This document shows positions 49,801 through 59,426 of a stretch of 64,000 nucleotides of DNA, piece by piece. A program made the translations under genes and the position numbers. How positions within the stretch are numbered: the stretch's first letter is position 1; each line of letters opens with the position of its first letter. The notes beneath the pieces were generated by a model. The model did no database searches, was not told the origin of the DNA, and was given only the letters and a program-made list of their open reading frames with translations. Source of the DNA: Oculina patagonica (Eukaryota); contig NC_135760.1 of NCBI RefSeq assembly GCF_052425735.1, forward strand, positions 14,880,001 to 14,944,000, written 5' to 3'.

Positions 49801-52800
49801 TAAAAGGAACTAAGGATGGATAAGGCTGAGAAACTCAAGCTGAACATTTGTGCCAAAAATTATAGCTCTATATTGCATTTTGCGCAGTTTCCGATCTCGG
49901 TCGAGTTTTAACAGTTGTTGTGCTGTGTTTTCCTGAGGTGGATACCAGAGTCTCCTCGCTGGCTTCTTGCTAACAATCGCCTGGACGAGGCTCATAGCCT
50001 TCTTATGAAGTATGCTGCCAAAAATGGAGTCAAAGTTGACGCTAAACACCTAAAACATGTGATCTCAGAAGTAAGGAAAGCTGACGTCAGAAAGGACGAC
50101 ACCCGGAAATACGGGACTTTTGATTTGTTCAGGACTCCTAAACTGCGGAAGAGAATCATCATCTGTTGTTTTAATTGGTGAGTTGTTTGAGTTAGGAGGC
50201 ATAGCCAGCTTTAGGTAGAGAAAGTCCTGTTTGTCTCTTTGTTGTTAATGTAAATGTAATGTTAGTAAATTATTTATTTCCCGACGTAACACAAAAGATC
50301 TCTCAAGAACTCGTTATTGTATGTGCTTCAAGATTGAACTGGTTTTTAAGTAGAGAAAAAACGGAGAACCTGGGAAAAAACCCTGGAAGCAAGGACGAGT
50401 CGAGAACCAACAACAAACGCAACCCACATATGACGCCGAGTGCAGGATTCGAACCCGGGCCACATTAAAAGGCACTGGCAAACGTTCACACATTGTTGCG
50501 GACACAAGTGTTTCACTGTTTTCCCGCACGCGCAACATTTGTTGCGGATAGAAAATTTGTGTCCGAGACACAAAAATTGTTTCTGATTTTTTCAGAAACA
50601 TTTTGAGTCCGCAACAAATGTTTTCCGGTTTGCACAGCATGGAAACAAAACATTTGTTGTGTGTCCCGCCCCTTTGCTTACACAAGGAACATCACAGCAA
50701 CAATGTGTTTTCGTTTGCCACAGCCTTTAGTGGGAGGTGAGCGCTACCCTGCGCTCCATTGTTTGCTGTTTGGTTCGTCCATTTTTTACTGCTAGGTTTG
50801 TTAACGCTCTGGTGTACTTTGGACTGAGTTTGAACGTGAAGAATCTTGCTGGAGACATGTACGTGAACTTCTTCATCCTTATTATCATCGAGCTGCCCAG
50901 TGCACTGCTGGCTTGGTTCTGTCTTCAAAGGTAAATACAAAAAACAAAGGAAATTGATGTTTACACAATCAGACAAGGGAACTTAACAGATTTTCGTTCA
51001 CTACGTCTCCGGTGTATGCAAAATACTTTGGCGATTTTAGAGCGGTTAACGAGTGATGATCCAAAACTTTAAAGCTGATGGTCACAGGGTACCAAATCTT
51101 CTTTTGTCACAGGGATTCTCACTACGACATTTTCTAAACCAAACAGAACTCAAAGCAAAAACATTTGATCGGTAAAAAGCACAGGAAAAGTAACGTAAAC
51201 CATGCTACGATAAGCTACCAAAACAACATCACCAATGCTATTGCTTGCATCCTTGCATCTGAAATGGAATGAACAGCTTACGTAATTTTATAAGGCGGAA
51301 ATTAAACAAACTAATCCATTTCTCTTGTTACGAATACCGTATTTACTCGAAAAAGCGCCGCCCCCGAATAACCGCCGCCCTCGAATAAGCGCCGCATTTA
51401 GGACAAAAAAGTTAATAAGCGCCGCCCCCGAATAAGCGCCGCAGTCTCGATGGGGCGCTTATTTGAAGAATTTTGTTTAACTTAAAACGGCACTACAAAG
51501 CAACTCTAAGACAAGCTTGAACATTTCTTTGCATCAAAAGCGATGTTTTGCAGTTATGAGTGATTGTTTTTTCGCTCTCCCATTAGTTTTTCTATTCAAC
51601 ACTCTAACAATACGTAGTTCTGTAAATGTTGCGAAGGCCGCCAACTTTTGCCAGGACAGCTAGCGCCACTTTTGTCTCGGCAAGAGACAAATACTGACAA
51701 TCAAAAGACGCTCTTTTCAATAACTGTAAAAGATAAGATTCTTTGTGGCGTCTAAATTTTAAATAAGCGCCGCCCTCAAATAAGCGCCGCACTTGAGACG
51801 CGAAAAATTTAATAAGCGCCGCGGCGCTTATTCGAGTAAATACGGTAGCTGTTTCTGTTAGGCCAATTTCGAATTACATGTTCTGATGTGATCCAAAACA
51901 GACTACCCCTTTTGACAAATTTTAAGAAAACGGCGTTTCGCCATGAGAGTTTTAATGGATTTATTTCCTGGATTATTTCGTTGTCAGGTTTGGTCGCCGT
52001 ATTCCATATTGTACGTTCATGCTAATTGGTGGACTGGCCGGCATGTTGGTGTTAGCTGTGCCTGACAAGACAGGTGAGTGAACGGAACAAATGGCTGACG
52101 CTCAAAACGTCGGTACAAGCCAAGTTTCCAATGTATAACACATGATTCTTGGTTCTTTACCTTCTTTATCTGTTTTTTTTTTTCCTTTTTTGCAGCCTGT
52201 TCCAGGCTCTCGGTAGTTGGAGGAGAGCAAAAAATACAAACGAGCGAGGAAAAAACGAGGGGGACGACGAAGAAGGTCGTTAAAGATATTCTTACAGGCT
52301 CTCTTTCCATCGCTCGCCTTCTTCCCCTCTCGTTTTTTTTTTCTCGCTCGCCCGCGTTTTTCGTTTTCCCCTTCAACTACCGAGAGCCTGGAACAGGCCT
52401 GACTCGTCCCCAGTCGTCTTTTGAGTCGACTGCTCGACACGGAGGGAATCATGGGAAGGAAGAGAAGCCTTTCCTCCTTCCCATCATCCTTCGCGTCTTG
52501 CAATTTTCGCATAAGAGACGACTGGGGATGAGTCAGGGAACAGACTACCTTTTATGTGACTTTTTGTGTCTATCGAGTAATCGAGTGTAAAACGTGAACA
52601 ATACATCCAACAAGCCAAGGCTTGAAATTGAACTTGAATACTTTATTTACCCTCGAATTTGTAGAAAAGCTTTATCAGCCAGTGTCTCCGAACATTCCCA
52701 CCCCAAACCTTGACAGTACTTCAGGCAAAGACCAGACCACAACACCGGAACTTCGTGCACTACTCTTAGCGATAAGTGTGCGATTTCTTTAACGTCCCCT

Positions 52801-54846
52801 GCTGACCATAACACTGAAGATGTAGGAGACGGGGCCTTCGGTTTGTCGTCCTTATCCGAGAAGACTAGAAAATCTTACAATTTGCAGCTGCAAATGTAAT
52901 GGCAGCACGTTGTCCCAGTTATTTTAGGACCCTGAGTGTTGGCCCGGTCTGGGAGTCGAACCCGAGACCTCCCGCGCGGCCGTCCGGCGCTCTACCAACT
53001 GAGGTAACCAGTTGGCAGTCGGCTGTCCTGCGTATTTCAGATTAACTTCAGTTCTATTGTTGCTTCTCAGAATACCAGCCAGTGATCACTACTCTGGCGA
53101 TGATCGGCAAGTTTTGTATCTTGTCCACATTTCTTACAATCTATGTGTTCACTGCTGAGCTGTTCCCAACAGTCATCAGGTGCGTGACAGGACAGAACAA
53201 ATGCTTTTGGCTATATTGCGTGACTATGTCTTTGTTCTTTAATTTACACCTTTCTACTCACATCTTAGGAACATCGGTGTTGGGGTGTCATCAATGATGG
53301 CCCGTATTGGAGCAATACTGGCCCCATATATTGTACTACTGGTAAGTAAACGGGCAAACATGCAATACAAAAATACATACTTGAGACGTAGCTATACTGG
53401 GAGCCTATTCTTGGTTTTCACGTGACGTCATCAAAATTCTAAAATCCAGAATGGCAAGGCCCCTGAGTTTTTATCCTTCACTGGCTATTATACGTCCTTA
53501 ATACATATTTTTTTGAAGGTTTTCAGCTCGATAGCATTCGCCGTCTTTAAGATAGAGCATTTTGAATTTTGGAGTTTCACGCCACACGAGATCAAAGATG
53601 GCCGCCAAAAGGCTGTCACGTGTACTTAAAAAAATGCTTTATCTTATGATTTTTAACAATCTGAACAGTTAAGATTTTGCGAGAAGTGTTTATCTGAATG
53701 TTTACTTGTTCATGATGGTGATCTGACCGCTTTTTGTAGCAGTATTTAATGCCAGATGTTTTTGTTGATTTCCGGCCGCCATGTTGGAGCCCAAGCAGTT
53801 AGGCTCCAACATGGCGATTCCATACTGTGCTCTCTAAATTTGCGTGAAACATTTTGACGAATAACTCGAGTACGGAATACCGTACAGCCCTGAGACTTGG
53901 ACGAGTAGTTTATATTGTACTTTTCTACAACCTGTAATATTCTTGATTTTTTTGACACAATAGTTTTGGATTTATTTTTTCGCAGCGTGACAGTGGCGTG
54001 ACAGTGAAAACCACCCATTATCCGGAGCGTACAACTTCCGTATATTTTGCAACGGCGTTTTAACAAGTAAAGTTATTTTTAGCTAAGCCTGTCCCGCGAA
54101 AATAACTGCTTCGGATGAAGTCAGCTACTACTTTGGGAGGAAATACTGAAAAAATGTATTCGCTATGTTAATTTCCCAGGTGGACGAGGAACTGCAGTTA
54201 CGTATTAACAGTCTATCACGAAATCGCTTGCCCTTGGCAATCCGAAACCAAACTTATCTAAAAACAACTTTACTTGTGAAAACGCCGTTTCACAGACGCA
54301 GTGTGAAAGTTGCACGCTCCGGTTTATGGCTCCTGGCAATACGTAGATCTTTGTAATGTCTCTGATTCGCTGCTACTTGCGCGCGAGAAATCAAAACCAA
54401 GAGAAAAGAGTGGAATAGGGATCCAGTAAAGCTACGTCATCAATTTTTCAAGTTGAATTTCTGACGTCTCTTTCATAGGGTTTGTTGTCTCTTGCTGGTC
54501 TCTGCCTCGTTCACATTCTCTAGTAACTTCGTTCGATAATAATTAAGGACATTTGCATTTTAATTTACGGTTTTGTCTTTCCCCCAAGGCTGAACTCCCC
54601 AATCTCAACAAAACACTGCCGCTGGTCATTTTTGGTGTTCTTGGGGTAGCCGCTGGAATAATGGCACTGTGGCTGCCAGAAACGCTATTCAGTCCCATGC
54701 CTCAAACCGTGGAGCAAGCTGAAGCCTGGGATGAAGATTACAAGATTTATTGCTGTAAACGACCTGGGCCCAAGAAATCAGACAAAAATGAAGATACGGG
54801 GACAGGCGAAGAACAAAAGCTATGCCGCATCGAAAGTCAAGTGTAA
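43843..54846 (+). CDS. SLC22-family organic cation transporter (MFS), 553 aa
   Basis: Exons 43843-44175, 46704-46850, 48666-48946, 49938-50177, 50796-50930, 51988-52073, 53071-53179, 53269-53341, 54589-54846 (1662 nt). Motifs FDDLLRLVGGFGRY, SAVSEWELIC, SDHFGRR, PESPRWL, RFGRR, ELFPTVIRN, LPET. Confidence 0.95.
45169..46617. mobile_element. CCCGGGG MITE (8-bp TSD) containing a Kolobok-like element at 45437-46480
   Basis: TSD acgcgcat at 45161-45168 and 46618-46625; inner ttaa|aggtcaaatgaacagaa ... ttctgttcatttgacct|ttaa. Confidence 0.85.
47062..47187. mobile_element. MITE, TAGCCTG family
   Basis: gagcaggctctctattcgggggcaacgt / acgttgcccccgaatagagagcctgctc. Confidence 0.75.
47579..48083. mobile_element. 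PIF/Harbinger-like MITE
   Basis: taa|gggcctcttcatatgatcccggt ... accgggctcatgtgaagaggccc|taa. Confidence 0.8.
48470..48620 (-). mobile_element. LINE (CR1/L2-like) ORF2 3'-end fragment
   Basis: Minus strand encodes FSFFNRYISDWNSLPSDVLEAQSLSS, the typical SFF..R...WN.LP C-terminal motif; (taaa)n tail-like run near 48202-48222. Confidence 0.65.
49607..49778. mobile_element. MITE, TAGCCTG family
   Basis: tagcctgcgtagcag / ctgctacgcaggcta; TSD cataaaagt/cataaaagc. Confidence 0.85.
50330..50760 (-). mobile_element. tRNA-derived SINE interrupted in its tRNA head by a MITE (about 50468-50727)
   Basis: Minus strand gcgctcacctccca|insert|atgtggcccgggttcgaatcc...; insert TIR aaggcactggcaaacg / cgtttgccacagcctt. 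Confidence 0.65.
51337..51845. mobile_element. pogo/mariner-type MITE (TA TSD)
   Basis: ta|ccgtatttactcgaa ... ttcgagtaaatacgg|ta; aataagcgccgc repeats. Confidence 0.85.
52193..52547. mobile_element. Nested pair of 9-bp-TSD MITEs
   Basis: Outer cagcctgttcc...ggaacagacta with TSD ccttttttg/ccttttatg; inner 52399-52536 ctgactcgtccccagtcgtct / agacgactggggatgagtcag with TSD ggaacaggc/ggaacagac. Confidence 0.85.
52640..53022 (-). mobile_element. tRNA-derived SINE
   Basis: Minus strand ttacctcagttggtagagcg (box A) ... gggttcgactccc (box B), then a ~300-bp body. Confidence 0.75.
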
Positions 54847-55063
54847 CCCTAACTCAAACGACATGATATTCGATAGCAAAGGTCTTCCCTGTTGGTGCTA
54901 AAACAAAGATTAAGAAACTTGGAACTTTGTAAATATGCAGATTTTAATGGTTATTCAAACTGAAAGTTTAGCCTATTTTTTGTTTTAACCTTTTGTAATA
55001 TGAGATATTCTATTCACATGTATTTAACCAAATCGAGTTAGAAGTTCTTAACGCCACCCAATG

Positions 55064-55500
55064 CTATAGACTTAATGAGTCTAGTGAATTCTTAATGCTA
55101 TTGTAAACGTTTGGAAGCGCTATGTTTTCGTTTATAGCGTTCCTATCTCGCACAGAATGCCAAGCTTCAAGAATTAGTCGTTGTTCCCACACCGTTGACC
55201 TGTCAACAATTTTGACGCTCTCCAAATCTATTTGATGGTCGTTAGGCATATGGTGTTTTGCCAACAAAGAGTTTTTATCCAATGTTTGGATGGCCTTTTT
55301 GCGTGTTGTTCTCCTTAAGTATGCTCTAGAGACTTTTGTTGCACTCGGAAAGTTCATTTAGTTTTTATCACACATTCGTTACATATTTTAACAGGACGCC
55401 GTTGAACATTTGCATTTTTATCTTGCTGAAGAAGGCAACAGTAGTGGCCAAAACGTCCAAAAACAATATTTTTAGCCAAAGTCAACTTATTAATTCGAAT
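55064..55500 (-). mobile_element. Penelope-like element remnant: GIY-YIG C-terminal region plus an inverted, decayed hammerhead
   Basis: NSLLAKHH...HQIDLESVKIVD...WEQRLILEAWH...AIN matches the PLE endonuclease C-terminus; plus strand 55423-55460 ttg-CTGAAGA-aggcaacagtagtggcc-AAAAC-GTC-caa. Confidence 0.75.
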
Positions 55501-57734
55501 TTTTAAACTCTTCGCAAATCCTCGACACTTTGGCTTTTGTACGCTCTCCCCCTTGGTATTCAGTTCAAAGGTTTTCGTTTAATCTTGAAAACTGAACCCT
55601 AGTGAAATTTTAATAGTCGCATGGCCTGCGTGCATTCAATACCAGTAGAGCGAGTAAAGACTGGAGATATTTGAGCGTTTACGGCAAATTAGGCTCAATT
55701 AAATGAGCCTCGACTTGAAAGAGAGGCTAAACTCCAGCGATCACCAACGCCTGATGTCTTTCCATTTACTACGTACAGGTCACTTAAATAAAAGAAGATA
55801 ATTCCACAATGTCAGACCAATCATCTTGCCTTTACTTTGCAGTTTTTTAGTTTCGTTCTACAAAGTGTAGCTATAATACTGATAAGTAAACTAATAGCCA
55901 ATCTAGAGATTCTCTAAACAAAGACCTGTCCAAAGTAAAGGTTATTCACAAGAATTAGGCAGGTCGTTATACAACTGTGGTGGCCATGTTAATTTCACTG
56001 CGACACCCAACACTTTGAAAAGGAACGCCTAAGATGCCCTATAGACATATACTTGCCTTCGACCACTTGACTCTCGTGCGAGAACTGATTTAAACTAGTG
56101 TAAAAGATAATCACAGTCTGTTATGCTTGTTTTGTTTAGAGATTTTATCAGGTACGAAAATACTTGTAAAATAAAAAGATTTCTTGATAGTTTTTCCGAA
56201 TGGCTTATTTTATACATGGATATAACCGAAAAAATCTCTCTCACTTCCTTTACACGAAAACACCTTGTGTAGAGCTTCTTACACGACAAAAAATAAAATA
56301 AAATGAAATTTAGGTATATGTTTACGTTATAACTTATGGTGGTGTGAAGGTCACACGTCGAAGGGTGAAATTAATTTTTATTAATATTAGGCGTTAAATC
56401 TCCTGCTTATGCTCGCGTTTGATTTAATGTCATCGATGGTTACAAATGAATGGTATTCAGTGATGAAAAGAAACGCAATTAAAAATTTCAACTGTATTGT
56501 TTACTTAGGTTGGTACTTGTGGAGGTAAACTAAACATTTATTCGTTGTTTTCCCAAACCACATAAAAATACCTGTTGAAACCTACTGAAAGCCTTTGGCC
56601 TTTTAAACAAACACGATATCACTTGAACCATGTACATTTAATGGTGATCAAAAGACCCAGAAGAAAAAGGAGCTAGAATATATTATTATTTTTATTCGCT
56701 ACCCCTTACTACACAGATAAAGAGATTGTGGAATATTTTTATTTTACCGCTTATTTAGCACCAGAAAATATTTTTCAAATATACCAGTTATTGTTTTAAA
56801 AGACAAATTCCATATTAGTGTTAATAAAGACAAGAACAGGGTTGATAAGCCGGTGACGTGACCATGACATACGTGATATGAATTTTTCAATTGTCCTTTG
56901 GTAAAATCTCTTCCTTCACCTTACTTTAAAGAACTACAGCTTAGCAGTTTTTCCTTTCAAGCAGATTGATGTAAGGTCCTGCAAGGTACGTTAATAAGTA
57001 ATCTCTGAGATTTTAAATTTAATGATGGCAAGTGACACGAAAACACATTTTAGTTAAGAGAGTTCAAACGCGAGTGAAATTTTTTCTCAATATTAATGCC
57101 AAAGAATTTGTTCTCGTTTGATTTTATTACAAAGAAACCTACCTATGCTATCGAGGTTTATATCTTAAGAAAAAAGTCACAACGACGTCTGATGTGCTCT
57201 TTCTTTCATAAGCAAACATAAGATACTCCTCGTACCAGAATGTAAAGACACAGTTGACTTTACATTCTGTAATTCTCCGTTATTTTAATGCAGTTTTTCT
57301 TCTTTAGACAGAAAAAGTAATAACCGAGAAGTCAGTTGGTAGCAAAATACTTAATACTCGTATATATTGAAAGGGCAATGCAGTATTCAGTTCTTTCAGC
57401 AAACATTTTATCTTCACATATACACGACTAATATGATGAACGGACAAAAATATTTCGCGGGAGTTATGTGTTGTCTGTGACATTGTTCTGTGTGCAGTAG
57501 GTGGCGATGTTTAGCAGGGCTATTTTGGTTTTTATGACCTATAATTAACCACCTCACTAAAGAACAAAAAGTCGAAAATGTGCAATATCTTAGAAACATC
57601 TGACCTCTAATCTCTTCACAAAAAGAACGAAATCTACGCACTCATTTATAGCTCGTGATTTAATTTCAAGATTTCATCGTGTTCTCCCCCTCACGCCTCG
57701 CGTCACGCGTGCACATATTTGAAAAATATCGATT

Positions 57735-57955
57735 TAGGGCGCTTTCCATTTTTCAGACCTGGCCGGCCGGTCCAGTGATTTTGAATGTGAAATGGACCTT
57801 TTTCACGAGATTTTCCCACAAATCCAACACATTAGTGTAAAGTATTTATGCATTGACTGCAGTGATTTGACAGGACAAATCGGACTAACGACGGAATTCT
57901 GTTCTCGAATACACTGGTCTGACCGACCAGTTCTCACTAATGGAAAGCGCTCTTA
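57735..57955. mobile_element. PIF/Harbinger-like MITE
   Basis: tagggcgctttccatt / aatggaaagcgctctta. Confidence 0.7.
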
Positions 57956-58340
57956 GTCTTTCTATTTCTCAAAAAAAAAAGTTAAGTTAAAGTGGAAAGA
58001 TGAGATGAGAAGACCGACATAGACAATTAGTAAAAAGAATGGGACAGTTTGGAAGGAAATTGTGCAGGGATGACAAACATAGGTATACGTAGGCAGCAGA
58101 GGTACCAAAAAGTGGCTGGGCGCCAGTCGAAAAACACATTCTAAGAACCATCAAATCAGACATTCCTGACACAGACTTAAGGCAGTCTTGTTTATGAAGA
58201 TCCACCAAGATTAAACACAACAGTCTTATTACATGGCAGGAGGTTGATTCTTGCAACAGGATCTACCGAGCAGGTGGATAACCCTAATGCCATTGTATTC
58301 TGCTTTTTGTTTTTATTTGACCCTAGTGCTGAGATTATTC

Positions 58341-58508
58341 TAGACTGTTCACAGCTCTCTATTTGTCGTATTATTGTTCGATCGTTGAACGCGGGAAAAA
58401 TCTCTCGACAGAACTGGACGTCAGCACAAACAAAAAGGGGGTGGGGCTGGGAGCGTGTTTTTCTCGCGCTCTTTTGCGTTGAAAAACAGAAAGGCTGGGA
58501 ACAGTCTT
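58341..58508. mobile_element. MITE, TAGACTG family
   Basis: tagactgttcacagc / gctgggaacagtctt. Confidence 0.6.
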
Positions 58509-58648
58509 GAGTTATCCTGGCACTAGCTAGGATTAATGTATCTTTTGAGGTAGACAATCAGAAATAGACTTTTTATCATTTAAATGGCTGAGATAGAGTT
58601 GGGTCGCTTACCGGAGTAGAGTTTGACATTGAAATGTGAAGCATATAG

Positions 58649-59073
58649 AGAAGAAATTATTCAACATGACACGAGCGTGGAACAAAGAAAAAATCTGAGT
58701 CCCCAACGGGAATCGAACCCATGGCCTCCCAGATACCGGTTGGGCGCTCTAACCAACTGAGCTACGTGAGACTCGCTGTGAGCTAAGCCATTTACTAGGT
58801 TGATATGTGACACGCGTCCTGCATACTGTTAGGATCAGCAATGTAGAAATCATCAAATGTGTAGTAAATAATAAAGATGGTAAATTTTAAGCTCGGTGAT
58901 AAATAGTGAAGAAATTATTCAACATGACACGAGCGTGGGACAAAGAAAAAATCTGAGTCCCCGACGGGAATCGAACCCATGGCCTCCCAGATACCGGTTG
59001 GGCGCTCTAACCAACTGAGCTACAAAAGACTCGTTGTGAGCTGGGCCATTTACTAGGTTGATATAAGTTCGGT
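58649..59073 (-). mobile_element. tRNA-containing partial-tandem (permuted) retroposed repeat, 258-bp unit, 12-bp TSD
   Basis: Direct repeats 58650-58806 and 58908-59064, each with tagctcagttggttagagc (box A), gggttcgattccc (box B) and a T6 terminator; TSD tgaagcatatag at 58637-58648 and 59074-59085. Confidence 0.85.
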
Positions 59074-59426
59074 TGAAGCATATAGTTACGGAGAAATAAA
59101 TTTTCTCTGCCCCGTCTTCCCCCCACAAAGAACTTAATTTATTTGTATTTTGTGTACAGATGTAATAAAAAAAACTGACCTGCTCGTGAGATTGATCGAT
59201 CCTAGTGCTCAAAGAGTGCTCAAAGAATCAAATTACACAATGCAAACGTTATCTAGGGTAAATATGGCTTTTTATTTTATAGAATCAAGAGTATCCTTAT
59301 GAGCATTAAGTACTCGGTAAATATCCTCTCTTGTTACATACTATAAACAAAAGCCTGGGTGCGAGGGAAAGAGTGATTTAAGTTTGTACAGGTAGTGAAC
59401 TGCTACTGTTGTTTTTTAGGATTGAG

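Noticed and set aside
58705-59035. Two apparent tRNA genes
   Set aside because: Imperfect acceptor and anticodon stems, embedded in a TSD-flanked repeat; tRNA-derived, not bona fide tRNAs.
59342-59419. TATAAA plus a tiny 5'UTR intron for the acidic protein gene
   Set aside because: The implied intron (59392-59419) is only 28 nt, too short; promoter position cannot be resolved.
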